From sequence record PQ850597.1: a stretch of DNA of 47,021 nt, one strand, 5' to 3'. Both the position numbers and the translations under genes were made by a program. Every line of letters starts with the position of its first letter. Within the stretch, counting starts at the first letter, position 1. The DNA comes from Escherichia phage ChristineMuster_Bas80. Of this stretch, positions 37,892-46,929 are shown piece by piece. A model generated the notes under the pieces. That model worked only from the letters and a program-made list of their open reading frames with translations, was not told the origin of the DNA and searched no databases.

Positions 37892-39797
37892 AATCTTTTC
37901 TATGGATTATGTCGCGACCTTTATCATTAATGCGATGAGTGATGCGTTTTGGCGCTTTAATCAATCCAGCATACATCATGAACTGCTTAGCATTCTGGCA
38001 TTTCAGGATTTTCCCCGCCATTGACTTATCATCAAGGTGAGGAAAAATAGCCTTTGCCTTGAACATGTTTTTCATGTGAGTCGCACCGCCATATGGGTAG
38101 AAAACTTCGTTAGCCCAGCCTTCTTTGCCATCACAACGATTAATCCAGTAGCGATACAAAATACCTTCTCCATCCTTTGTTAGCTGGACTTTGAAATCAA
38201 TAACATCAGCCCACTCATTATCGGTATACGCACGCTCATTCAGCGCCGCATTCGGGTCGCGCAACACGTGATCGCAATGTCGGCAATAACGCGCCGTCGG
38301 GTCATTTTTAGTCCCGCAGCCATCATCAAAAATACGGATTCCGTGCTTATCAAAACCGCAACGGATGTAACTGAAAAACTCTTCGCAACGACCATCTGGA
38401 GATAGTGGGTCTTTTCCTATGCAACGGCGCGCATATGGGCTGTTCATTGTTCCGCACTTAGGACACGGAACCTGTTCACCACTGCGTTTTGAACGTTGTG
38501 CTTCAGCCTCTTCCAGAATCGGGTCTTCATACAGTTGACCAAGCTCAAACATCGTTCCTGAGAAATCAAGGACCAGATGGTCTTCTTTATGATACCCGGC
38601 GTCAATTTGCTCTTTCTTCAGCAGGCGCATACCGCGACCAAGCAACTGAACAAGAAGGGTGAGTGACATTATTTTTCGTAATATCACGCTTGTATCCCAA
38701 AGCGGGATATTGACGCCAGTCGTCAAACAACCAATCTGGAAAACATATTTAATCTTGCCAGTGTATGCGTCTTTTAACGCCTTGCGTCTGGCTTTCTGTC
38801 CCATATCCTCGGTGACGATAGCGTAACTTCCTTCGGGTAAATATTTAGATGCCTCCTGACAGTGTTTTTTACCTGCGCATGTAATTAGTACGCCATTTCT
38901 GTTTTTTGTCAGCTCCATAACCTTGAGCATGATTTTCTGCGTGAGTGTCCCTTGCTCAAGTATTTCTTTCTGCATCTGCTTGAGTTGCTCGGCAGTAAAG
39001 TCTTGTGTACCGTCAACATCTGAACCATGGAAGTTATGCAGGTCATATTTCAAATCATCAACATCATGAAGACCAAAGATTGTTGGCACAACAAAACCGC
39101 GATCTACCATGTACTTTGTATCAATGTTTATTATTTCATTTTTCCAGTACGCACCTTTCATTGATTCAGTACCACGGAATGGGCTGCCGGTGAATCCAAT
39201 TGTTATCATTTCATGCCCATATCTTGCCTTGCAGCGCCTATTAAGTTCAGTAAGTATTGCGCCATATTGTGTTGTTGGATTATCACTAATAATATCCTGC
39301 CATGGAGCTTGATGGGACTCATCGATCAGGCAAAATCTTGGGGTAAAATCACTCAATCCACCTTTCTTAACGTCACCGTTTGATTCATCTTTTTTATCAA
39401 AAAGTGCGTTCGCGATTGTTCCTTCAGTACCGCATATAATAGGGTATGCTGTACTTTTCCTGCCAAGAGATGCGCTATAAAGAGAATTTTTTACACCGCA
39501 CTCCCACATCATCTCAGCATTCTGCTCAGCTATCTCCCCCTGTCTTGAAATTACAAGCCCATCCCATCCCATATCCTGAAATCTACTGCAAAGCATTGAA
39601 ATCATCACTGTCTTTCCTGATGAAACCGACGCTGTAACATAGCTTGGCTCAGGTTTCTTTCCAAAATTACGAATAACCTCAGCGCACTTTGCGTAAACAA
39701 GCCATTGGTAATCATATGGCTCTATGGAGCCTAGTTTTATTGATTTCTTTAAGTTACCTATATCAATTTCTGAAATCATCTTGTCTATTTTGTGCAT
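37851..39797 (-). CDS. Superfamily-2 DNA helicase with C-terminal zinc-ribbon
   Basis: Walker A SVSSGKT, DExH box CLIDESHQ, C-terminal CPKCG...CRHC. Confidence 0.8.
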   Translation of the reverse strand: MHKIDKMISEIDIGNLKKSIKLGSIEPYDYQWLVYAKCAEVIRNFGKKPEPSYVTASVSSGKTVMISMLCSRFQDMGWDGLVISRQGEIAEQNAEMMWECGVKNSLYSASLGRKSTAYPIICGTEGTIANALFDKKDESNGDVKKGGLSDFTPRFCLIDESHQAPWQDIISDNPTTQYGAILTELNRRCKARYGHEMITIGFTGSPFRGTESMKGAYWKNEIINIDTKYMVDRGFVVPTIFGLHDVDDLKYDLHNFHGSDVDGTQDFTAEQLKQMQKEILEQGTLTQKIMLKVMELTKNRNGVLITCAGKKHCQEASKYLPEGSYAIVTEDMGQKARRKALKDAYTGKIKYVFQIGCLTTGVNIPLWDTSVILRKIMSLTLLVQLLGRGMRLLKKEQIDAGYHKEDHLVLDFSGTMFELGQLYEDPILEEAEAQRSKRSGEQVPCPKCGTMNSPYARRCIGKDPLSPDGRCEEFFSYIRCGFDKHGIRIFDDGCGTKNDPTARYCRHCDHVLRDPNAALNERAYTDNEWADVIDFKVQLTKDGEGILYRYWINRCDGKEGWANEVFYPYGGATHMKNMFKAKAIFPHLDDKSMAGKILKCQNAKQFMMYAGLIKAPKRITHRINDKGRDIIHRKDFAGENSEKAIQAA

Positions 39798-39805
39798 TTC
39801 ATCAC

Positions 39806-40507
39806 CTATGGCATGTCAGGCCAATAAGAGTTGCTTTTAGATCTGTTTTCACTTGGTGCAAGTAATTGCAAGTTATGCCAGCAGTGAAGGCCGCAAACCA
39901 ATTTACTATTTATTGGCACTATGTGATCAACTTGCATACCAAGAACGCCAGCCATCTCATAAACCTTTTCAATTAAAACCCTTTCATGTTCAAACCATGA
40001 TGGTATCGCCCGTCTTTTAAGATACTTATATTTACGCTGATGATATCTAACAACACCCTTGTTTTTCTGTCTCCACTGTTTTGACTTCTCGTTGTGCTTT
40101 TCCTTGTTTTCATTGTAATACTTCTTTGATTTTGCGTTTATCTTGTTCTTATTTGCTGCGTAATTACCTTTCTTGAACTCTGATTGGCACTTCTTACATT
40201 CAGGCCTAAGACCATCAAGTGATGATTTGTTTTTATTGAAGTTTTCTTCATTTGCATCAAGAACTGAGTTGCATTTAGAGCATACTTTCCTTCCATCAAC
40301 AAGATATCTCAGCCTTTTACCTTTGTTTCCATCGCATGATTTACAATGAGATTTTAAACCAAGCCTCATCTTCTTATCTGAGTAGAAGTAATCACTTGTT
40401 GCAGGAAGCATTAAATTGCATCTTGAGCATTTCTTTTTTGTCCCTGTGCTTGCGCAACCTGCACTTTCCTGAGCAACATTTTGCTTTTGCAGTTCCGATA
40501 AACTCAT
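39806..40507 (-). CDS. HNH homing-endonuclease-like protein with CxxC repeats
   Basis: C-terminal VDHIVPINSK...CWHNLQLL...ENRSKSN core, preceded by CSRC...CKSC and CSKC...CKKC pairs; start at 40507 has a GAGG RBS; track start 40579 also possible. Confidence 0.55.
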   Translation of the reverse strand: MSLSELQKQNVAQESAGCASTGTKKKCSRCNLMLPATSDYFYSDKKMRLGLKSHCKSCDGNKGKRLRYLVDGRKVCSKCNSVLDANEENFNKNKSSLDGLRPECKKCQSEFKKGNYAANKNKINAKSKKYYNENKEKHNEKSKQWRQKNKGVVRYHQRKYKYLKRRAIPSWFEHERVLIEKVYEMAGVLGMQVDHIVPINSKLVCGLHCWHNLQLLAPSENRSKSNSYWPDMP

Positions 40508-40544
40508 TTCCGCAAACCTCGCACTTCTTAACGGTGATAGCCAT
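40392..40544 (-). CDS. Small Zn-ribbon ORF in alternate frame overlapping the HNH gene 5' region
   Basis: ATG at 40544 with AGAGGA RBS; product has CEVCG...CCSGKC; frames meet at an A6 run. Confidence 0.35.
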   Translation of the reverse strand: MAITVKKCEVCGNEFIGTAKAKCCSGKCRLRKHRDKKEMLKMQFNASCNK

Positions 40545-40651
40545 TTCTTGTCCTCTATTGTAACGATTAATTGTTTCATTTCAAGTAACGATTGATTGTT
40601 TCATGTGAGTAAATTACAATGATTCTACATCATCGTCAACAGGAAGATTTT

Positions 40652-41605
40652 ATGAGATACGACTGGAAAGATATTGAGCCAAAAATGCTTGGCAATTGGC
40701 AAGCTGCCATCATGTCTATCGTCAATGTGGATAGCAGAGTTTTCAATGGCAAGCACCAGCCATGCCCGTCATGCTCAGGAAAAGACAGGTATCGCTTTGA
40801 TGACAACTTCGAAACAAAAGGCGATGGCGGCGCAATCTGCAATCAGTGCGGTTCCGGCAGCGGCATGAATTGGCTGATGAAACTCTCCGGAATGAGCTTT
40901 CCTGAAGCGCTGGAGGCACTTGGTGGATTCCTGAATATGCACCCGCGTGAAAAGCTGGAGGCAATCAGGAAGGAGTTACCGAAGATAAATTACAACGATG
41001 ACTTCGTCACAGAGCAGGAAGTCGCCGCAATCATGGCTAAAACGACGCGTGTCGCGATGAATGAGTGGACTTTGATAAATGGTATTGGTTGCGACGTTAA
41101 CGTCACCAGAGGCAAATCTGGAGAACTTATTGCGGTTGAGATGATGCGAGCTGACACAATGAAACTGTGCAACGTGGCATTCATTGGCATGGATGGTGAT
41201 TCAATCAGAACGTTTTTCCGCGCAGGATACAACAAGGACTCAGCCATCAACGGCAAACTCACGCGCGGCGCGATAAGCCCAATCGGAGAAGACAACGGGA
41301 AGTTCATTTACCTGGTATCTGATTATGCCGATGCGTGGAAGTGCCATTACTTCACTGGCGCGCATGTCTGGTGCTGCTGGTCGCCGGAAAACATGTGGGA
41401 AGTGGTGCGCTCTGTTAGCAATGAGATGAAGTCACGGTTACGCTGCATAGTTAATTATAAATTTGACGAACTTTGCGCTGCGGAAAACGCAGGGATTCCG
41501 GTGATGCTTCCTGATGATGCCGACACTATCAGGATGGCAAAGAGAATCAGGAGAAAGATTTATGACGCTGGCGAGTTGATAGAAAAAATGTCAGTCAACA
41601 GATAA
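40652..41605 (+). CDS. DNA primase-like protein with N-terminal zinc-binding domain
   Basis: CPSCSGKDRYRFDD...GGAICNQCGSG pattern typical of phage/plasmid primase zinc-binding domains; AGGAAG RBS. Confidence 0.55.
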   Translation: MRYDWKDIEPKMLGNWQAAIMSIVNVDSRVFNGKHQPCPSCSGKDRYRFDDNFETKGDGGAICNQCGSGSGMNWLMKLSGMSFPEALEALGGFLNMHPREKLEAIRKELPKINYNDDFVTEQEVAAIMAKTTRVAMNEWTLINGIGCDVNVTRGKSGELIAVEMMRADTMKLCNVAFIGMDGDSIRTFFRAGYNKDSAINGKLTRGAISPIGEDNGKFIYLVSDYADAWKCHYFTGAHVWCCWSPENMWEVVRSVSNEMKSRLRCIVNYKFDELCAAENAGIPVMLPDDADTIRMAKRIRRKIYDAGELIEKMSVNR

Positions 41606-41609
41606 AAGA

Positions 41610-41636
41610 AACCCTCCATATGGAGGGTTTTTTGTT
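41610..41636. terminator. Rho-independent terminator (bidirectional candidate)
   Basis: aaccctcca-ta-tggagggtt hairpin followed by TTTTGTT. Confidence 0.65.
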
Positions 41637-42051
41637 ATTTCTTGAACTCTGGTGCTTCAGTCCAGAAGGCTACATTTCGCAGAGACTTACTCGTGTGATT
41701 GCACCAGTATATTCCTGAGTCATCATACTTGGCAGTAACCTTGACGCGATCAGTATCAATAATAACAACCTCCTGCCCATCTTTAGGGTCGAAAAGACGC
41801 GCATCCTTCCAGTTAGCAATCTCATTAAGGGAAAGAAGAACATAGCCTGGAAGATAAGCGCCGACATCAGCAATGTGAACTATTGTTCGCTCCGTTCTCT
41901 CTCCTGTGTAGTCGCCATTCCACTCATAAAGAATAACCGTGTCTCCAACCTTAAAATCACGATCGTTCTTCCTTAGTTCCGCCTTCTTGTGTCCGGTAAC
42001 AACAGGCCAGAAGTGCTCAGGTAAGATTTTTAGTTCGTGTGTTTTGCTCAT
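41635..42051 (-). CDS. ASCH-like / DUF3850-like protein
   Basis: N-terminal HELKILPEHFWPVVTGHKKAELRKNDRDFKVGD pattern recalled for DUF3850. Confidence 0.5.
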   Translation of the reverse strand: MSKTHELKILPEHFWPVVTGHKKAELRKNDRDFKVGDTVILYEWNGDYTGERTERTIVHIADVGAYLPGYVLLSLNEIANWKDARLFDPKDGQEVVIIDTDRVKVTAKYDDSGIYWCNHTSKSLRNVAFWTEAPEFKK

Positions 42052-43643
42052 TTCAACCCCCTCATAAATCTCATGCGCTTAACAGCAGCAGAAAGATAAT
42101 TTCTAACCGTTGAGTTCATTCGCAGTCCATCCCATGAACCATCGCTGCACATCTTAATCGCTCTTGGGTTATCTCTGTCCAGCATTAGTGGTGAATGCTT
42201 ATTCTCCTCAATCGCAAGAAGAACCTCATAAACAAATTTATCAGGTGTTAGTGTGATGTTATTAGAGTCAGCAGAATTAATTATCTTTTTAATTCTATCA
42301 CGACACAGCTTGTTCTTTATAACAGACAAGTAAGGCGTTTTAATGAATGCCTGTGACTCACAAATTCGCTTAATTTTTTCTACAATGTTCTCCCATTCAG
42401 TATTTTCAAGTCCATCAAACTCCTGTTCGCCCTCAAGGAATCTTTGCAGACCAGCGAGATGCTCAAGAACCACGATATATCCCCATTCGACATGCTCCAT
42501 CGTAACTGCTGGCGTCATTCCACGGCGACTTGACAGATCTGCGTAAGCCGCAAGAGTTGCAAGGTCTACAATCATCAGCCCCATGCGCGGGATAACGTCA
42601 CCAACAACACCATCGCGATCTCCAAGCTCACTTTCCAGTTTCATAGACAGAGATCTGTGCAGCTTTTTCACTTCATCATCAGCCCATACAGCGTTAGTTT
42701 TCGCGGTAAGAATCCTACCTTTCCACTCATTGATTATTTTTCTTGAAATTGTGCCGCTAACTTCCACATCCTTCATCGCTGGCATTTCCTCACCAGCAAG
42801 ATGTCCAAGCTGGAACAGCACTCGCCCCATACCGCCATCTTTCTGCCATGAACGCGCAGCATCTATTCCCTGCTCTGGAGTGACAGTAATCAGCGGAACA
42901 AATTTTGCGTTTTCAATTCCACCGTCTTTTGTTGCAATTTCGTATTCATTCATTGCCGACTTGAGCGCGCGACCAACGCTGTGGTCCATCATCGCAAGGC
43001 GCTTATAATCTATGACGCCTTTACCATCATCACCACCAGTGAGTGGAACTATCCATCCCTCAGCGCTTGCTGCCGCCATAATGCGTTTTTGGTTTTGTTC
43101 CCAAGTAAGGTTTTCAAGCAACTCCTTTATTATTGGCCTGTTAGGAACCCACACTCCGCCGTCAGTAAGACCTCTATACCACGCCATAGTGCCGCCAAGA
43201 TATGCATTACGCGGGTTGTTCCAGTCTTCAAGATGTTGCTTATCATCGTTCACAACGTAGAGCAAAGACCCACCTCCAGCAATAAGGTCTAACTGCATCT
43301 GTTTTGTCGAGGTTGATTTAGATGCGCAAACTCTGGACCCTATTCCCAGCGCGTTGGCATATGCCCTGACGAAACTCACCGGCGCACCCTTACCTGCACC
43401 AGAGCGAGCTACCAGAAATATGCCGGTATTGCAGATACTACCTGTTGGACCAATCAAATATCGGCCAGCCATCGCCTGAGTAAGGCCCAATGCACCAGTT
43501 AAACGATACCTCTCACCATCATTACGGCGCTCAAAGTTTTTCGCAATCTCATCCATAAACTCACCAAGTGCACCAGGAGCATCCCTATTCATACCCATAG
43601 CCATGGACTCAAAATCAATAGCGCCCATCAATATACCCTCCAT
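42048..43643 (-). CDS. Hypothetical protein (531 aa), possible P-loop NTPase
   Basis: Long ORF in replication block; Walker-A-like ARSGAGKG and hydrophobic-DD segment LLYVVNDD; function unknown. Confidence 0.45.
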   Translation of the reverse strand: MEGILMGAIDFESMAMGMNRDAPGALGEFMDEIAKNFERRNDGERYRLTGALGLTQAMAGRYLIGPTGSICNTGIFLVARSGAGKGAPVSFVRAYANALGIGSRVCASKSTSTKQMQLDLIAGGGSLLYVVNDDKQHLEDWNNPRNAYLGGTMAWYRGLTDGGVWVPNRPIIKELLENLTWEQNQKRIMAAASAEGWIVPLTGGDDGKGVIDYKRLAMMDHSVGRALKSAMNEYEIATKDGGIENAKFVPLITVTPEQGIDAARSWQKDGGMGRVLFQLGHLAGEEMPAMKDVEVSGTISRKIINEWKGRILTAKTNAVWADDEVKKLHRSLSMKLESELGDRDGVVGDVIPRMGLMIVDLATLAAYADLSSRRGMTPAVTMEHVEWGYIVVLEHLAGLQRFLEGEQEFDGLENTEWENIVEKIKRICESQAFIKTPYLSVIKNKLCRDRIKKIINSADSNNITLTPDKFVYEVLLAIEENKHSPLMLDRDNPRAIKMCSDGSWDGLRMNSTVRNYLSAAVKRMRFMRGLK

Positions 43644-43918
43644 ACTCGCAAGAATTTGCCAGGGATAATACCTTGTTTCACAGTTACCACCGCACCAGCC
43701 CTGTCAGCCTCAATTTTTATCGCCTTCTGAAGTGACGTCATTGTCATCTGAAAACCTCGCTCTATATCGTATGCGTAGCACCCATCTCTTCCACCAATCA
43801 AAATTGAAGTTGAATACCCGTTCTCAAAGTAAAACTGACACCCATCAGGAGCTGTAAGATTATTTATCACGTCGTGAGCAAGAGATGTCGTGACAGGGAA
43901 TATCTGAGCGCAACTCAT
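43628..43918 (-). CDS. Hypothetical protein (96 aa)
   Basis: ATG at 43918 with GGAGGT RBS. Confidence 0.4.
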   Translation of the reverse strand: MSCAQIFPVTTSLAHDVINNLTAPDGCQFYFENGYSTSILIGGRDGCYAYDIERGFQMTMTSLQKAIKIEADRAGAVVTVKQGIIPGKFLRVWRVY

Positions 43919-43920
43919 AC

Positions 43921-44160
43921 CTACCTCCACCCCATGTGTAACAATAAAATTTCGTCTTTATCAACATTCACCAACACCTTGATACCCATATCCCTTGAAA
44001 CAATACTGACATTTGTTCGAAAACTCGGTAACCCCATCGCGCGCGCACGTTCCCAATCTTCACCACAAACAAACCACCCATCATGCGTTCTCCTCAGGCG
44101 CTTAAGTAACCCGTACACCCACTCAAGATTTGACCCTTTACGGTAATTTAGTTCTTTCAT
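43921..44160 (-). CDS. Hypothetical protein (79 aa)
   Basis: ATG at 44160 with GGAGGTAAGT RBS; first gene after the iteron region on the minus strand. Confidence 0.4.
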   Translation of the reverse strand: MKELNYRKGSNLEWVYGLLKRLRRTHDGWFVCGEDWERARAMGLPSFRTNVSIVSRDMGIKVLVNVDKDEILLLHMGWR

Positions 44161-44260
44161 ACTTACCTCCATCTCCAGTGACTCTAATTTTATATAAATA
44201 AAAAAGATATGCAATTCTAATATGTGCTGGCTGTACAGTTTGGCTAATTTTTGCTCGATT

Positions 44261-44618
44261 TATACCGTCTTTACCTGGTTTTTACCGTGCTATTTTTGAT
44301 GCAACTAATTGATTAATAAGATTTTACCGGTTTTACCGGATTTCTTAAGTGGTATTTTAATTATTAAGATTGGCAGTGTATTAATTTGATCTAATTTTAA
44401 TAAACTTAAATAAAATCAATATATTAATATGAATGAATAACTTACTTACCTCTATAGAATTTACCGGGTAAAACCGGTAACTCCTCCGCAAGCCGCGCCA
44501 TTGCTGGCTTCATTTTTACCACCTGTAGGTAAATACAGTAGTTTTTAAGTGATAATTGTTTTGGTAAGCTGTTGATTACCGGTGCTTTATTTAAAAAACC
44601 GGCATTTACCGGTATTTT
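44261..44618. repeat. Iteron array: at least 10 copies of TTTACCGG-like 8-9-mers flanking an AT-rich core
   Basis: Copies at about 44263, 44271, 44281, 44323, 44332, 44461, 44471 (inverted), 44514, 44576, 44597 (inverted) and 44605; AT-rich stretch 44341-44460. Confidence 0.6.
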
Positions 44619-44688
44619 GTGGAGTGATTAATAAGTGCGCAATTAGTCCTTGTTTACCAGAATCAACAAGTGCGAAACCTAAATAATG

Positions 44689-44717
44689 TTGACGTAGAAA
44701 CATCATTGATGTAGATT
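44689..44717 (+). promoter_or_regulatory. Sigma70-like promoter TTGACG-17-TAGATT driving the early plus-strand genes
   Basis: TTGACG at 44689-44694, 17-nt spacer, TAGATT at 44712-44717; two tandem TTGAYGTAGA half-sites 17 bp apart. Confidence 0.55.
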
Positions 44718-44747
44718 GAACTCATCGGAACAAACGAGGGTGAAGAG

Positions 44748-44933
44748 ATGAACAAAGAAAGCACGTACAGCATCGACCAGATGAAGTTGTTCAGCGATAT
44801 ATGCATGGCATTGTCACAACAGGTTCCAAGTCTACCTGCTGATATGCGCTCAAATGCCATCATTGATGCGGCAAACATGATTTGTGAGGCATATGCTATG
44901 ACTGAAGATGAATATAAGGCATCGAAGAAATGA
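44748..44933 (+). CDS. Hypothetical small early protein
   Basis: GAGGGTGAAGAG RBS, first ORF after promoter. Confidence 0.4.
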   Translation: MNKESTYSIDQMKLFSDICMALSQQVPSLPADMRSNAIIDAANMICEAYAMTEDEYKASKK

Positions 44934-45025
44934 CAGGCGCAGCATTCGAGCTTATCTCCAGTCTGATTATCGTGGCATTCATCATTATCGCAGTGGCGGT
45001 TTCTAAATCAGGGTATAAGGAGTAA
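44930..45025 (+). CDS. Possible small membrane peptide (31 aa)
   Basis: ATGA-coupled ORF encoding hydrophobic LISSLIIVAFIIIAVAV. Confidence 0.25.
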   Translation: MTGAAFELISSLIIVAFIIIAVAVSKSGYKE

Positions 45026-45028
45026 CAA

Positions 45029-45211
45029 ATGGCAAAGACTATCTATCGTCGCGAGAAACTGGAGCCTGAACTCGGTCACGTTGGCGCGCAAAACTTTATG
45101 AGCAAGCAGGCACGCAATGCAATGGAATCTATACGCGTGAATCGCGTTGTGCGCGTGTTTAATGGTGAAGGTAAGCGAAGAGTAATGGATGAACTGATTA
45201 TCGTATTTTGA
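45029..45211 (+). CDS. Hypothetical small protein
   Basis: AAGGAG RBS. Confidence 0.4.
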   Translation: MAKTIYRREKLEPELGHVGAQNFMSKQARNAMESIRVNRVVRVFNGEGKRRVMDELIIVF

Positions 45212-45247
45212 CATCGATTCAGCAGGCTTATTTCTAATGGTGATGAT

Positions 45248-45481
45248 ATGGAAAAAGTAAAAACATACGAGTTCTGGTTTGTGCAGAACAAAATGTATGC
45301 AAGCAGGACAATCAAGAGAGTCAGCTGGTGGAATAAGTGGTTAATCCTCTCCGGCTGCATCGTGCTGGCAAAGTGCAAATTCAAAGCGATTGACATCACT
45401 GATGAAGACGCACTCAAAATCGCAAAGATTGAGTTTGAAGAGGATGGCTATTACGAAGAAATTATGGGGGTTAGGGTATGA
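45248..45481 (+). CDS. Hypothetical small protein with one hydrophobic segment
   Basis: 77-aa ORF. Confidence 0.4.
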   Translation: MEKVKTYEFWFVQNKMYASRTIKRVSWWNKWLILSGCIVLAKCKFKAIDITDEDALKIAKIEFEEDGYYEEIMGVRV

Positions 45482-45954
45482 GTGAAGTTAAAACATACGC
45501 AGTAAACTGCAACGACGCGTGGCTTAATACAGATGGCGATGACATCTCTGGCTCATATGTTAAGTATGCTGATTACATAACTCTTGCAACAAAGCTCGAT
45601 TTAGCCGAGCGTGCTTGCGCTGCCGTGGTGGCAGAGAGCGCGGCGTTTAAGGACATAAACGCATGGTGCAAAACGGATGCGTTCAGCAACATGTATCGTG
45701 AGTTCAAAACAGCAGAAGCTGTTGGTTGTTGCAACATTGACTGCATGCATGACGCAATGGTTGTCGCAATTATGCACGCACCTGAAGCGACAGTTACAGA
45801 TGCTTTCCTGGCTGAAATTGAACGCAAAGCAATCCGAAAGTTAATTAACAGCATTGAACACATCCTGCGTGACAAGCTGTCTCCGTATGACACCGAAGAG
45901 ATGCTTGAGGCTATGCGTATTTTTCTGGAAGAACAGGGAGGTGAGCAAAAATGA
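45478..45954 (+). CDS. Hypothetical protein (158 aa)
   Basis: ATGA-coupled ORF. Confidence 0.45.
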   Translation: MSEVKTYAVNCNDAWLNTDGDDISGSYVKYADYITLATKLDLAERACAAVVAESAAFKDINAWCKTDAFSNMYREFKTAEAVGCCNIDCMHDAMVVAIMHAPEATVTDAFLAEIERKAIRKLINSIEHILRDKLSPYDTEEMLEAMRIFLEEQGGEQK

Positions 45955-46298
45955 CGATAACAAAACAACGGGTAGAAGAAATCATATCCCGTATTGAAAT
46001 GTATGGGCATGGTGCCGGGTATACCGCTGATGAGGTTTATGACCTTGCTGTACTGGCGCTGAATTTATCAAATATCGCAAAACTCAAGCGATACGAGCTT
46101 GATATGGATGGTTGTGACTCGTTCGGTCAGGATTGCGGTGCAGACATGACTGAAGACCCTGAAGGCGAATTTGTCATGTTCAACGATGTTGTCAGTCTGG
46201 TTCAGTTTGACACCACCAACCAGCAATTCGAAAGCCTCAGCAATCACAAGCATCACTTCATCAACGGCACTTGCGTAGAGTGCCTGAAAAGTGAATAG
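45951..46298 (+). CDS. Hypothetical protein (115 aa)
   Basis: ATGA-coupled ORF. Confidence 0.45.
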   Translation: MTITKQRVEEIISRIEMYGHGAGYTADEVYDLAVLALNLSNIAKLKRYELDMDGCDSFGQDCGADMTEDPEGEFVMFNDVVSLVQFDTTNQQFESLSNHKHHFINGTCVECLKSE

Positions 46299-46436
46299 CT
46301 ACCCGTTCATATTAATTATCAGTGCGCTCTATGTGGCGCACGCTTTACAAACGACGCAAGTACACCACCGGCGCTAAAATCTTTCTTGCTGTGTATGTGC
46401 TGGCACTGGTGGCAGCTATTGCAGGAGTTGTGCATT

Positions 46437-46757
46437 ATGTTTAATAAATTAGCTGAGTTTTATAAAGCATATTCAGACTGGATTGATGCTGGCGCGCCAG
46501 AAGGTAAGCCGTTCAGTCGTAATTGCGGTATTTGTGTGTCCTTAACATTGCATTTAAAGGACATTGGGTTAACACCAAAGGAAAGGGAGCAGGCAAGAAA
46601 GTTAATGCGATCGCAATTCATTAAAGCTGGACTTAATGGTGACTACCCATTTAACAACCGAGAACTACCATATTTAACAGAAAGCGCAAGAGGAATGATT
46701 CACACCAACAAGAACCGCATAGCGTGGGTTAAAAAGGAGTGGCAGCATTATGTTTAA
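46437..46757 (+). CDS. Hypothetical protein (106 aa)
   Basis: ATG at 46437 with AGGAG RBS preferred over track start 46386. Confidence 0.4.
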   Translation: MFNKLAEFYKAYSDWIDAGAPEGKPFSRNCGICVSLTLHLKDIGLTPKEREQARKLMRSQFIKAGLNGDYPFNNRELPYLTESARGMIHTNKNRIAWVKKEWQHYV

Positions 46758-46929
46758 CGACATTAGTGACGCAATGGAATTCATGTGGAAGCGCTACTGG
46801 GACTGTATGATGACGTGTCATTACATGATGGTGCAGATAGGTAATTACATTGAGGTTGTGCCTGACAATGGCGTGCATAACATTAAGTACATGTGCTCAA
46901 CGAGGGCTTTCGCAAATGCAAACAACTAA
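46750..46929 (+). CDS. Hypothetical small Cys/Met-rich protein (59 aa)
   Basis: ATG overlapping upstream stop; below track cutoff. Confidence 0.3.
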   Translation: MFNDISDAMEFMWKRYWDCMMTCHYMMVQIGNYIEVVPDNGVHNIKYMCSTRAFANANN

